IMG/VR virus record: IMGVR_UViG_3300033417_000005
Location: 8,617-72,616 of that record
DNA: 64,000 bases
From: a virus
Taxonomy: Duplodnaviria > Caudoviricetes
Strand: one strand, 5' to 3'
Under the pieces are notes generated by a model. That model was not told the DNA's origin, searched no databases, and saw only the letters and a list, made by a program, of their open reading frames with translations. The position numbers were made by a program, and so were the translations under genes. This document shows, piece after piece, positions 1-9,837 of the stretch; position 1 is the stretch's first letter, and the number at the start of each line of letters is the position of its first letter.

Positions 1-1249
1 AGAGTTAACAGCATCATTTAGAGGGCTAAGTACCGGCGCGAAACAGACAATTTTCGCCATCGGGGGGGTTGCAGCCTCACTAGGATTGATCGCCGCGGCT
101 ACAACGACGGTTATAAGAGCAACTCAAGGCGTTAGGGCTTTCGCTCTTGGGATCGTTTTCCTTGTGAACAAGGTTCTGGCCGCGGATGTTGCGCTCACGA
201 CTTTCAATGGTCTTTTGACGGCGACCGGGGTTACCAGTAAAGCAGCCCTTGCCGGAATCTTAGCGATGCGCGCAGGCATTCTAGGTCTCGTTGCCGCTCT
301 TTCAGCCTTTATAGGAAACCGGCTGGGAACGATTTTCACGGAATTCTTCGACCCTCAAATTAAGAGAGCTCGGGAACAGACGAGAAAACTGCTAGGGGAA
401 GCTGCGGCGCTGCAAGCTCGGGTATTTCAGCGCGACGTGTCCGAACGCGGTCTGCCGTTTGCTCAGGCCCGACTTGCTGGACAGTTTAGGAGCACGGCGG
501 AAGGCCTGAGGATGATGAAGGCCGGGCTGATCGAAGGGGCGGGAGCCGCGAAAGAGATGTCCAAGGAGCTGGAGGCTATCCTCAAAACGACGGATAAATT
601 TATACGCGACGTTGTATTCTTTGACCTGACTCCAAGACAAAGACAAATTGCTGAACTCGAAGTGGCGGCTCTCTCGCTTCAAGAAGCCGAGCAGCGAAGA
701 GCGTTTCAGGAGATTCGAATCCTCAAAGCGATGGATGCCGAGCTTACAAAGCTGGAGAGAAACAAGAAACTACGGGAGGAGATTCTACGAGCGCAGAAAA
801 TGGCGACGGAGGAGCAGGAGCGATTGAGAGAGGAGATGTTTGAGGAAGGAAAAGCCTTGGAAGAAAGCGTGTTTACTCCGGTACAAAAATTCCAAGCGGA
901 GGTCGCGAGGTTCTTGGAACTGTTTAAGGCCGGTGATCTTAGTAAGCAGGCGTTCGATAAACTGCTAGTCCGGTCACAGCGTGCTGCTTTCAGTGCTTTG
1001 CAAGGCAACGTCGTCACTACTCGGGCGGCCGCGGGTCGCGGTACGCTGGAAGCGCAGCAACGGCTGGAAGAGTTCAGGGCGCGTACGAGCGTAGATCCGG
1101 CGCGAACGAAGGAAGGCAAAGACATTGAGGCAATCTCCAAGGAAACAAAATTGATACGGGGGCTTGTTGAAAGGTTTCGGGACAGGCCCGGACAGCCCCC
1201 TGTTATCGACATACCGATAGACCTTGAACTGGCTAACTTTAACGGATAA
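1..1249 (+). CDS. Tail tape measure protein, C-terminal part (5' truncated by the window edge)
   Basis: Frame is open from position 2. Ala/Leu/Gly-rich hydrophobic stretch followed by long coiled-coil E/K/R/Q helices. Directly upstream of tail genes. Confidence 0.8.
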   Translation, partial: ELTASFRGLSTGAKQTIFAIGGVAASLGLIAAATTTVIRATQGVRAFALGIVFLVNKVLAADVALTTFNGLLTATGVTSKAALAGILAMRAGILGLVAALSAFIGNRLGTIFTEFFDPQIKRAREQTRKLLGEAAALQARVFQRDVSERGLPFAQARLAGQFRSTAEGLRMMKAGLIEGAGAAKEMSKELEAILKTTDKFIRDVVFFDLTPRQRQIAELEVAALSLQEAEQRRAFQEIRILKAMDAELTKLERNKKLREEILRAQKMATEEQERLREEMFEEGKALEESVFTPVQKFQAEVARFLELFKAGDLSKQAFDKLLVRSQRAAFSALQGNVVTTRAAAGRGTLEAQQRLEEFRARTSVDPARTKEGKDIEAISKETKLIRGLVERFRDRPGQPPVIDIPIDLELANFNG

Positions 1250-1253
1250 ACTG

Positions 1254-2273
1254 ATGGCAGGCACGCTAATCGGCAGAATATTTTGGTCCTTGTCCCGTAA
1301 TGACGAGGGACACCGAACGTATACGGTGCGGCATCGGGTGCGTACGTTGCAGACTGACGGTCCTCGTGTAGCGTTTTCTACTCTTGGTCTGCCCAACATT
1401 GGCGACACTTGGAGCTTCGGCAACGATTCGGATCCGTGGGCGTTCTGCCGTCCGGAGATGCGCGTGACGGTGGAGCAGAACACGGATATTAACCCTTCGA
1501 GCGGGGACGGAGGAGGTCCCTATACGTACTGGATTGTGGAACAGATGTTTAGTAGTCGGGCTATAGGAGGCGGGGGTGGAGGACCTGCGAGCTGTGCCGA
1601 TACAACACTCGACAATCCTCTGCTCCAGCCTGCTAGAATTCGCTGGGGCGGGCGCAACGAACGTAAGCTGCAAGAACGGGACAAGGATGGGAACGCGATT
1701 GTCAACAGCGCCTTTGAACAGGTAAAAGGCCCTGAGGTGGAATTTGACGTGAATCGCCCGCAAATCTCCATAGAGCAGAACCGGGCTGTTTTGGACAACG
1801 CCCTCCTGTTTGTAAACTTCGTAAACGATGCGACGCTGTGGGACTACGCCAGCCGCCGTGTGAAACTAGACAACGTAAGCTACGAACGTAGAGTGTTTGG
1901 AACGTGTACCTTCTACTTTGTGCGCACTTTGGAATTCAGTGTTGGAGTGTTCGATACATTCCCGATTGACGAGGGTACGAAAGTTCTCAACGGCAAATGG
2001 CCGGAAGCCGGCGGTGATTGGGAGCTTGTAGACATTGGCGGCAGTCCCCCAGACCCTACGAAACCCAACCACTTCATCCGGGCAAAGGACCTGAACGATG
2101 AAAACTTTCATACCCTTCTAGGAGGAGCCGCCGATCCCGGGGTGCCGCTGCCTGAAGCCGCCGGTGGAGTTGCTCGGGTAATTCCTCTCGCCGATCCCGA
2201 CGGAGTAAAATACTATCCGGAGTTCAATTTTGTCAGCCTTGGAATTCCCACGGACTTGGCAGCCCCGACCTAA
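1254..2273 (+). CDS. Tail protein downstream of tape measure (distal tail/hub-like)
   Basis: ATG at 1254 just after the TMP stop. Position and beta-rich composition only. Confidence 0.55.
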   Translation: MAGTLIGRIFWSLSRNDEGHRTYTVRHRVRTLQTDGPRVAFSTLGLPNIGDTWSFGNDSDPWAFCRPEMRVTVEQNTDINPSSGDGGGPYTYWIVEQMFSSRAIGGGGGGPASCADTTLDNPLLQPARIRWGGRNERKLQERDKDGNAIVNSAFEQVKGPEVEFDVNRPQISIEQNRAVLDNALLFVNFVNDATLWDYASRRVKLDNVSYERRVFGTCTFYFVRTLEFSVGVFDTFPIDEGTKVLNGKWPEAGGDWELVDIGGSPPDPTKPNHFIRAKDLNDENFHTLLGGAADPGVPLPEAAGGVARVIPLADPDGVKYYPEFNFVSLGIPTDLAAPT

Positions 2274-2316
2274 ACGATCAAGTAAGGACGTAACAATGCT
2301 TCGCAAGGAATAACGC

Positions 2317-2751
2317 ATGGCCAACGAAATTAGAATTACTTCCGGTCTTTCCATCAACACTCCAGCCTCCGGGCCTGTACTAATAGAGAACTTTTCCGAC
2401 TCATTTCAGGCGGACATGGCAGGCCGCAAGGGGCCTAGTCCAGGGGCCATTAGCGTCAGTACGGCGGGGACCGACGTTGACTTTAGCGAGCTGACTACTC
2501 CAGCGATATGCCGGATCAAAAATTTGGACGGCACCAACTTTGTGGAGTATGGAATTTGGGACCCGGACAATAGCAAGTTCTTTCCACTCGGTGAAATTCT
2601 CCCGGGCGAAGCGTACGTACTGCGCCTAAGCAGGAACTTGATGGAAGAGTTTGGGACGGGGACAGGAACCACGGGACCGGGAATAAACACATTACGGTTC
2701 AAAGCGGATACGGCTCCCGTGGTTGTCGTCGTAGACGCCTACGAACTTTAG
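2317..2751 (+). CDS. Putative virion structural protein
   Basis: AAGGA SD before ATG. Beta-rich 144 aa. Shares PxxxxIxNLxG...ILxGE with the next ORF. Confidence 0.55.
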   Translation: MANEIRITSGLSINTPASGPVLIENFSDSFQADMAGRKGPSPGAISVSTAGTDVDFSELTTPAICRIKNLDGTNFVEYGIWDPDNSKFFPLGEILPGEAYVLRLSRNLMEEFGTGTGTTGPGINTLRFKADTAPVVVVVDAYEL

Positions 2752-2762
2752 AGAGGATATCC

Positions 2763-3293
2763 ATGTCCATTGATAATTTCATAGAACAGGAAAGGGACGT
2801 GACAATGCTAGATTCTCTAGAAGCTTCGCAGCTTTGCAAGGAGGGTGAGGCGGCTACAACGGCTCCCTACACGAAGGCGAAACCGTTCGACCGTTTAACA
2901 GTGGTGGAAACCGTCTACTATCAAGCGTATGAAGAGTCGCCGGTTTCTATCGAGTCGAAGTACGAACGGATTTTGCAAACGGTTCAGGAGCAGGTGTATA
3001 TTCGTAGGTTGACGGCTACCCAAGAATGGGAGCTCCTGGAGTATGGATGGGTGGAAGATCCCGGCCTAGTTCATATCCAAAACTTAGAGGGGAAAGGGCC
3101 GAGCGATCTGCCCGAACAGGAACGGGCGGCCTTGTCTGACACTCTGCTTCTCCTCGTATCTCATAACAAAACCCTTATCAGTTCCTGGGTGATACTGGCC
3201 GGTGAATCCATGCGTGGACTGCCTCAAGGGGAATTGTTTGTCCGTTCTTTGAATAAGCCCGTACGTTTTACTCTAAGGGCAATTCCCAAATAA
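2763..3293 (+). CDS. Putative virion structural protein, paralog of 2317-2751
   Basis: GAGGA SD. PGLVHIQNLEG...ILAGES versus PAICRIKNLDG...ILPGEA. Confidence 0.5.
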   Translation: MSIDNFIEQERDVTMLDSLEASQLCKEGEAATTAPYTKAKPFDRLTVVETVYYQAYEESPVSIESKYERILQTVQEQVYIRRLTATQEWELLEYGWVEDPGLVHIQNLEGKGPSDLPEQERAALSDTLLLLVSHNKTLISSWVILAGESMRGLPQGELFVRSLNKPVRFTLRAIPK

Positions 3294-3307
3294 AGTTAAC
3301 GCAGGCA

Positions 3308-4543
3308 ATGGCCACGGCAATACTACTAAGCGAGAACGATAAGAAGTTATTGCAAAAACTCCTAGACGAGTTTCGTACAAGCCGTCTCGACCAGCTTTTT
3401 AACCCGTCGACCGTCGTAAGTCCTTCGGAGTCGGGGTTTTCGCAGCAAGCGAGTGACGTTTACGTAGTGCTGCCTCAAACGGCGGGCGGAATTCCCGGGT
3501 TGACAATGGGCAGTCCTGACGTCGCGGGCAGCGCGGTATGCGACGTCTATCGTATCAACGAATCCGACGAACTGGTGCTTTCCACGGGGGGACTCACCAA
3601 AAGGGTTTACAACCTTTCCACGACGGACATCCCTCAGGACTACACCTTGGCTAAGAAGCTGAAGGGGGGCCGGTGGGTGGCGGAATCCCTAGGCTCTTCC
3701 GAAAAGGTGAAGTGGGGGATGGCGACTGAAAACTGGACCAATTCTTCCCCCTGTCCTGGGGTGACAGTCACTCCAGTGGATGACTGTAGTGGAACAAATC
3801 CTACTCCTGGAACAAGTGACGACGTTGTCGTTTTATTGCCGCGTCGCGCCGAAGGGGATCCTAATGTAGTAGTCAACGACGTGATAGCCTACACTACAAC
3901 AACCGACGGGACCAGCGTCTGCGTCAGCGACTACCTAGACGCCAAGATTGGTTCCGTGATGCTGTGGGCCTTGGCTCAGGGGAGCATTCCTCCGGGATGG
4001 GCGGTGATGGACGGTACGGATAACGCCACCCCGCAAGGAAGCGGTTTGGACCTTAGTGACAAATTTATTCGCGCTGGAAGTGCAACAGGGGCGGAAGGCG
4101 GAACGGAAACGCACTTTCACGAGTTCGTGGTACAGATTCCGCCGCATACGATCAGTGCAAGCCAGTTGGCGCACACCCACCCGATTAGTATTAACATAGA
4201 CGACCATACGGTGGCTGACCTAGAACATACGCATCAAATCATTGAAGGCACAGCCAACCTCAATGAGGAGATTACAAGTCCCGACTTTGGCTTTCCTGAA
4301 CCGTGCGTTGGTCTGCCTCTGGACCCGGAAGGGTTGGCAGGATCATCCCTACAAGCGGATTGCGATATTCTAGGATCTTGGGGACCGCTCTCCCACGTTG
4401 TAGACGCCAGCGTACTTTCCGGAGGTCCTAGCGCTGTCACATTGGTTCATACGGGAGGAATAGGAGAGACATCTGCGGAAGAACATTTCCCCCCTTATAT
4501 CACGATGATCTTTATCGAGCGGATTGACAACAGTGAACCTTAA
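3308..4543 (+). CDS. Tail fibre/baseplate protein with tail-collar domain
   Basis: KIGSVMLWA...IPPGWAVMDG...DLSDKFIRAG...GGTETHFH and C-terminal HFPPYITMIFIERI are typical tail-collar motifs. Confidence 0.75.
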   Translation: MATAILLSENDKKLLQKLLDEFRTSRLDQLFNPSTVVSPSESGFSQQASDVYVVLPQTAGGIPGLTMGSPDVAGSAVCDVYRINESDELVLSTGGLTKRVYNLSTTDIPQDYTLAKKLKGGRWVAESLGSSEKVKWGMATENWTNSSPCPGVTVTPVDDCSGTNPTPGTSDDVVVLLPRRAEGDPNVVVNDVIAYTTTTDGTSVCVSDYLDAKIGSVMLWALAQGSIPPGWAVMDGTDNATPQGSGLDLSDKFIRAGSATGAEGGTETHFHEFVVQIPPHTISASQLAHTHPISINIDDHTVADLEHTHQIIEGTANLNEEITSPDFGFPEPCVGLPLDPEGLAGSSLQADCDILGSWGPLSHVVDASVLSGGPSAVTLVHTGGIGETSAEEHFPPYITMIFIERIDNSEP

Positions 4544-4913
4544 GATTGTAGGAGAAATCGAAGATTTGACAAACAGACCGGACATGACTCTAGCATGGAA
4601 CTGGTATAGTCCTCTTATGCTCACCGTTTTGTATTACGTTCGTCATGACCGACCTATAGAAGCCGGAGAACTTTCGAAGTCCCCGCTGGCGAACTGGAAA
4701 AACCGGGCTTGTTACCGTAGAAGGGAAGCGGACAAGCTGTGGCAATTATTTCGGTCTATCAGGGCTCGCGGATATCATCCAAGGAAAGGCGACGAGATCA
4801 AAGTGGCTTATGCAGCAAATAATCTGTGGTTTGTCAACGGCGCTCATCGTGCGGCGGTTCTAAAGGCGATGGCGAGCAAAGTTCCAGCACTGCTTTTGGA
4901 GAACGAGAAGTGA
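4524..4913 (+). CDS. Small ParB/Srx-like domain protein (start uncertain)
   Basis: LWFVNGAHRAAVL resembles the ParB-N (D/N)GxHR motif. Confidence 0.45.
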   Translation: MTTVNLKIVGEIEDLTNRPDMTLAWNWYSPLMLTVLYYVRHDRPIEAGELSKSPLANWKNRACYRRREADKLWQLFRSIRARGYHPRKGDEIKVAYAANNLWFVNGAHRAAVLKAMASKVPALLLENEK

Positions 4914-5242
4914 CAATTACTTACAAACAGCTAGGGCAGACCAGACCGGCGGGGACGACTGCTGTTACTCACTACACTTGTCCCGCACTGACTCAAACCA
5001 TTGTCACGAATCTGATCGTGGCCAATACCAGCGGAAGTCCAGCCACGTTTCGTATATTCCACGACGCAGCCGCAACTACGTTTGACGAAAGCACGGCGCT
5101 CTATTGGGACATTGCCATCGCTGCTGACGAGTCACTCACGTACGTTTTTCTCGCTAAAATGAATGCGGCGGGAAGTCTCGGAGTGCGATCTAGTGTAGGC
5201 AACGCTTTAACCTTTACCAGCTTTGGAAATGAGATCACATGA
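4910..5242 (+). CDS. Small beta-rich putative structural protein
   Basis: GTG start in a GTGA overlap with the previous stop. MTITYKQLGQTRPAGTT...TFTSFGNEIT. Confidence 0.55.
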   Translation: MTITYKQLGQTRPAGTTAVTHYTCPALTQTIVTNLIVANTSGSPATFRIFHDAAATTFDESTALYWDIAIAADESLTYVFLAKMNAAGSLGVRSSVGNALTFTSFGNEIT

Positions 5243-5976
5243 TCACTTGGGCCTACGGAGTGACAACCGTACCGAGTCGGGCATCCACGCTGTTCCCTCG
5301 TACGTTGGAGTCTCTAAAGAAATCTGGATTTGACAAACCTCACTTGTTCGTGGATGGAGCCAGTTATAGCCAAGAGATGGAACGCTATCTTACGAGGTTC
5401 GCCCTGCCCATAACCATTCGGTCTTCTCCCGTACGGTGTTTCGGCAACTGGCTGGTTGCTCTGATAGAACTCCTGATACGGTTTCCAAACTCTGATCGGT
5501 TTGCCATTTTCCAGGACGACTTTGTTACTTATCCAGGACTGCGAAAGTATTTGGACTGGTGTGGATATCCAGACAAGGGGTATCTGAATCTGTTTACGAT
5601 GCCGAGTAACAAGGAACACGTGAAAAGAGGCGAGGGCTGGCACGCGAGCAACCAGCTTGGCCGGGGAGGAGTGGCAACGGTATTCAACCGTGCGGCGGTC
5701 ACAATTCTAATGCAGCACAAAATAGTAATGGACAACCTGCTGGACGAAGCCAACGGCTGGAAACGACAGGACGGAACCGTGGTCAACGCACTAAGAAGAG
5801 AGGGCTGGACGGAGTACGTGCATCAGCCTAGTCTTGTAGAACACACGGGGTATCCATCCTCGTTTAACAACAAGAAGCAGCCTCAAAGCATTTCTTTTCG
5901 TGGAGAAGAATATGACGTCACCGCGCTCATCGATAACGTCAAGCGATGGGGACCACAAGGTAACTATTCAATTTAA
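5239..5976 (+). CDS. Glycosyltransferase, GT-A fold
   Basis: FAIFQDDF (DxD-like motif) and HQPSLVEHTG. ATGA overlap with the upstream gene. Confidence 0.7.
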   Translation: MITWAYGVTTVPSRASTLFPRTLESLKKSGFDKPHLFVDGASYSQEMERYLTRFALPITIRSSPVRCFGNWLVALIELLIRFPNSDRFAIFQDDFVTYPGLRKYLDWCGYPDKGYLNLFTMPSNKEHVKRGEGWHASNQLGRGGVATVFNRAAVTILMQHKIVMDNLLDEANGWKRQDGTVVNALRREGWTEYVHQPSLVEHTGYPSSFNNKKQPQSISFRGEEYDVTALIDNVKRWGPQGNYSI

Positions 5977-6181
5977 GGGACTGGGAGACAGGGTGGAACA
6001 AGCACTGACCTTGATGGGCGTCACCGAGGAAAGGGTGGCTCGTTGGGTGGGCGGTCCCTGTGGCTGCGACGAACGTAAGGAAAAGCTAAACCGCCTTGGA
6101 AGCTGGGCGAGTAGAATACTGGCAGGAAAAACAAAAAACGCGGTTCTATATCTTAACCAACTTTTAGGAGAAGATCGATGA
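5900..6181 (+). CDS. Conserved small phage protein (GLGD...CGC..RK..LN type)
   Basis: GLGDRVEQAL...CGCDERKEKLN. Confidence 0.55.
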   Translation: MEKNMTSPRSSITSSDGDHKVTIQFKGLGDRVEQALTLMGVTEERVARWVGGPCGCDERKEKLNRLGSWASRILAGKTKNAVLYLNQLLGEDR

Positions 6182-8046
6182 TTACCCCTCCCACGCTGCC
6201 GAATCTGCCGGAAGACTGGAATGGCGCACCTTTGGGTCTTCTTGACCTGGAAGACATCCCGGTTGACAATACAGTCAATATTCCAGATGGGGATTCCAAT
6301 GCGTTCTGGCAAGCCGTAGAAAGCTCTCCCGGAGGAACGGCGGTTGTATTGCCGCCCGGCGATTACCCATTTTCCACTTGCCGTTGGACTACGAAAAAGG
6401 CTCGGCAAGGATGGGTGGTGGTTCGGCCCACGGATTCCGCTTTGCAGGCAATTAAGAATGTGATTGGCAGCCAGGGAAGAATCAGAGAATCTTTGGCCCC
6501 TATGATGCCTCGTATTCACGCTTTTCCCGGAGCGCAAGAAGGATATTTAATTGGGCATCCGAACGCAGACGACCCGACGATCGTACATCAAAGAAGTGAG
6601 GATAGAAATTTGTTCCTCAGCCACATTAATCTAAACCTGGACATGCAAGGACAGGTGGGCCGGAACATAGGATTCGCGATGAATGGAGACGGCATCTACT
6701 GCGACCGAGTTTTATTTGGCCGCTTTCAAGCCACGACTGATATGAGAGCGCCTTTAGTGGTCACTCAAGGATACGATCAGGTTTACTACGGCTGCACGAT
6801 GACAGATGCGGCACAGCCTTTAGGGAGCGAACAGCAGGCAGTTCTTTGCCAGCCCCGAACAACTCGCATTTTAATAGACAACTCACACATTGACTTTTCC
6901 GGGGAGTCCTTGTTCATCAACGGTCACGACCGCATCAGTGGAAAAACTTCCCAGGACATTACGATCCGCAGGTCACTGATAGGAGACTGGGTCGGGAAGT
7001 ATATCGGTCATCCCAGGTGGAACTATTCCAAGGCGCTTGTGGAATGGAAGACGGGAGATCGGGTGCTGTTTGAAATGAACGTGATCGGCAAGCAGCGCAG
7101 CAATCCAGGCGACGGAGGGCAGACCGCTCGGTTTACCGTGTATCGTGCATTCAACAATGCGGGCAAGGACGCCGTGGGACGTGACTGGACCATCCGTAGG
7201 AATATGTTTCACACCTCTCCCAACGAATTCCAGCTCATGCTTCTTATCGCGTTCTTATCCAACGGAAAAAAGCCGGACGGGCTGCACCGCATCAGCATCA
7301 CGGATAATGCTTTCTTCGATATTGCGCCCGGGCACACAAAGAGATCCCCCCTAGAGGTGTTCTTTGCGCAGTGGCTAAAGCATGATCCGGACAACGATAC
7401 GGGGGATGTAGAGATTGCTAGGAATGTTTGGCACTACCCGTCGGCGAAGCCTTTTGGTGCGATGCACGCTATTGGAGATGGAGGAGGGCTGTTGGCTGCG
7501 AATCCCCTCCCAGGCCCGCTGGAAGTGTACGACAACATTATGGACGCTGGAGGCGGCAATTGCCTGCGAAGCTCTGACATGGCGACATCCAAACTAGGAG
7601 ACGCCTTGCTAGATACCATACTGGAAGATCATGACTGGCACCACAACGCCCACGTTCGGGCAAGTGACAACAACTCATTCACTAGTTCAAAGACCGTAGT
7701 TTCCATGCCCGTGGACGTGAAATTTGTGGACCCTGACAGGTTTGACTTCACCCTCCAATCCGGCTCCCCTCTAATTGGTAAAGGGTCCGATGGAGGAGAG
7801 CCTGGAATTCAGCATCCCGCAACATTCAAAACGGACGTGGACCATGCTATCGCCGGTACAGTGGACGACACCCCTATTCTTCCTCCTCCTCCGCCTCCGA
7901 GTGATTTAGAAGACAGAGTAAAAGCATTGGAGGCTGTAGTTCTTAAAATAGGGATGGACTGGATAGATTTGAAGGATACTACAGCCGCTTTGGCCCGTAA
8001 GATTATTAAAATTGAAGACTGGATCGAGGGTTTTAGGAAAGAGTAG
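6178..8046 (+). CDS. Right-handed beta-helix (pectin-lyase-like) protein with C-terminal coiled coil; possible depolymerase
   Basis: Repeating I-x-I-x-x-N/S strands, DFTLQSGSPLIGKG motif, poly-Pro linker, heptad tail. Confidence 0.65.
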   Translation: MITPPTLPNLPEDWNGAPLGLLDLEDIPVDNTVNIPDGDSNAFWQAVESSPGGTAVVLPPGDYPFSTCRWTTKKARQGWVVVRPTDSALQAIKNVIGSQGRIRESLAPMMPRIHAFPGAQEGYLIGHPNADDPTIVHQRSEDRNLFLSHINLNLDMQGQVGRNIGFAMNGDGIYCDRVLFGRFQATTDMRAPLVVTQGYDQVYYGCTMTDAAQPLGSEQQAVLCQPRTTRILIDNSHIDFSGESLFINGHDRISGKTSQDITIRRSLIGDWVGKYIGHPRWNYSKALVEWKTGDRVLFEMNVIGKQRSNPGDGGQTARFTVYRAFNNAGKDAVGRDWTIRRNMFHTSPNEFQLMLLIAFLSNGKKPDGLHRISITDNAFFDIAPGHTKRSPLEVFFAQWLKHDPDNDTGDVEIARNVWHYPSAKPFGAMHAIGDGGGLLAANPLPGPLEVYDNIMDAGGGNCLRSSDMATSKLGDALLDTILEDHDWHHNAHVRASDNNSFTSSKTVVSMPVDVKFVDPDRFDFTLQSGSPLIGKGSDGGEPGIQHPATFKTDVDHAIAGTVDDTPILPPPPPPSDLEDRVKALEAVVLKIGMDWIDLKDTTAALARKIIKIEDWIEGFRKE

Positions 8047-8160
8047 AATTGTCCTTTTTGTGGCGACGAGGTTTACGGCATAGCAAGCCGGTTATAATTT
8101 ACAGCATAGCGGCTTTGACGTCCGAAGCCGAATTGTTTTTTCTTTAAGTAAGGGAGCAAA

Positions 8161-8502
8161 GTGATGCGAATTTTAGTTTTTGTCGGCGTTGTGGCTGGTT
8201 GTCTTTACGCAGTTGGATCTAGTACGGCGCAGGAGATTCGTCCCGCTCAGCATCCGGTGAGTTTACAAGCGGACGTGGGAGGAGTTCCGCAGCCGGTGAT
8301 GGACCCCATGGATCCGGCGCAGTCGGGTAAGGACTCTCCGGTACAAAATGCCAAGCCTTCCCCCGCGCAAAATACTAAGGGCGCTGGAATTGGCTGCGCC
8401 GGGAGTGGACGCTTACTAGGCCATGGACGACTTCGGCTGCGTAATTGGCGACCGTTTCGTATCCTCCGTGAGGCGCGTGCCGCTCGTCTAGGGGCTTGTT
8501 AA
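8161..8502 (+). CDS. Secreted small protein (signal peptide, Pro/Gln middle, Arg-rich Cys-ended tail)
   Basis: N-terminal hydrophobic signal ending STA-Q. Tail GCAGSGRLLGHGRLRLRNWRPFRILR...GAC. Confidence 0.6.
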   Translation: MMRILVFVGVVAGCLYAVGSSTAQEIRPAQHPVSLQADVGGVPQPVMDPMDPAQSGKDSPVQNAKPSPAQNTKGAGIGCAGSGRLLGHGRLRLRNWRPFRILREARAARLGAC

Positions 8503-8587
8503 GGCTTTGCGCCTTGCAGGAAAGTGGTGAGGGGAGTTCTTCTAGTCTTTGCCCCTTGCCACTTTTCCTGTTTCTGTAACTATCACA

Positions 8588-9718
8588 ATGAATGGAAAAT
8601 CCAAGATGGACGGTCGTGAATTTCTTACCGCTCGCAAGTGGCTGAAGGATTATGGATATCTTCCTAACGTCTCCTACGCAAGCCTTGATGCGTTAGACCG
8701 TAAAAGCGTGGAGCTGCGTCAAGGAGCGGAGATGGCGCAGAAGTTCTATGGGACAAAATTCATTGGGGAGCCTGACGCAGTAATTGGTCCTAGAACCTTG
8801 TCAGTGATGGCTGAACCGAGATGCGGATTCCCGGACACGAATTACGATAAGGAGCTATTGCCCAATGCGGCTGGGAGCGGGAGTTGGCCTGCTGCTTGCC
8901 ACGAGACTGGAATCAGAGTCTCCATTGACACGAGAAATGCTCCTAGTTGGATGGACGTTGACGCGATATTTGAAATTAGTAAGAGAGAGTACGCCAAGGT
9001 CGGTTGTCTTTTGGTGCGGGTTCCTTATGGGGAATCGGCGCACATTCGGCAAAGTTTCCGTTCCCTTTCCGGTTCTACGATTGGTCTTGCTGAGTTCAAC
9101 AATCAAAGCTGTAGCGACAGCGTGTTCAACTATAGGGACCCTAGTTACAATGGAGGAGCTGAGCGCAACGTCAACCTAGATCTTCACGAGCTAGGGCACA
9201 ACAACAACTTGGAGCATCGTAGTCAAGGGGGGATCATGCATCCCTCCATTACTTCTTCTCCCAACATGTTTGTTGATTTCGGTCCCAACATGAACATCAT
9301 CTATCAGGACCCGAGCTATCAAGACCTGAAGAAACGATATGGAGGACTGCCTATTCCGACAATTCCAATTCCACCAGTACCACCCGTTCCACCTACACCC
9401 ATTCCTTTACCACCTGAACCACCGAGGCCTCCTATGCCACCTATTGATTGGAGAGAAATCCTAGCATTTGTTTTGGAAATGATCAGCTTATGCCGAGCAC
9501 AAGGCATGAAAGAGCAAAGGATTCGTGAGAACATTCGCAATCCTGGACCCGTGCAAAAGTTCCGGCTGGAAAACCGTGTGCGGACCGCCAATTCAATACG
9601 GATCCGGGAATGGCGTCGAGTCGCCGACGAAGTGATGGCTCCTTACTACGAATCTGCCAAGGAACTGACAGACGACGATCTGGACCGTATGTTTGCAGCC
9701 GCCGCGGAAGATGAATAG
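8588..9718 (+). CDS. Matrixin (M10/MMP-like) zinc metallopeptidase with PG-binding-like prodomain and cysteine switch
   Basis: WLKDYGYL...RTLSVMAEPRCGFPD (PRCGxPD switch), HELGHNNNLEH zinc motif, IMHP Met-turn. Confidence 0.85.
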   Translation: MNGKSKMDGREFLTARKWLKDYGYLPNVSYASLDALDRKSVELRQGAEMAQKFYGTKFIGEPDAVIGPRTLSVMAEPRCGFPDTNYDKELLPNAAGSGSWPAACHETGIRVSIDTRNAPSWMDVDAIFEISKREYAKVGCLLVRVPYGESAHIRQSFRSLSGSTIGLAEFNNQSCSDSVFNYRDPSYNGGAERNVNLDLHELGHNNNLEHRSQGGIMHPSITSSPNMFVDFGPNMNIIYQDPSYQDLKKRYGGLPIPTIPIPPVPPVPPTPIPLPPEPPRPPMPPIDWREILAFVLEMISLCRAQGMKEQRIRENIRNPGPVQKFRLENRVRTANSIRIREWRRVADEVMAPYYESAKELTDDDLDRMFAAAAEDE

Positions 9719-9738
9719 CTGAACTGAAGCTGTACTAT

Positions 9739-9821
9739 GGAGTGGATGGCGAGTAAGCCAGTGGGCTATGGAAGGGATTCCCCCCGTACCACCCATGCAG
9801 GTGAGACCCCTGCTCCACTTC
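9739..9821 (+). ncRNA. Candidate tRNA-like four-way-junction RNA
   Basis: 8-bp closing stem, 4-bp arm with GAGTAA loop, long middle arm, 5-bp arm with 7-nt TGAGACC loop stacked on the closing stem. Intergenic. Confidence 0.4.
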
Positions 9822-9837
9822 TAATTGGAAAGATAAT

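Noticed and set aside
8072-8098. Promoter TTTACG...TATAAT
   Set aside because: The spacer is only 15 bp and there is no extended -10, so support is insufficient.
9739-9825. Canonical tRNA gene
   Set aside because: No TTC T-loop, no GG D-loop, no 7-nt anticodon loop and no CCA. Kept only as a tRNA-like candidate.
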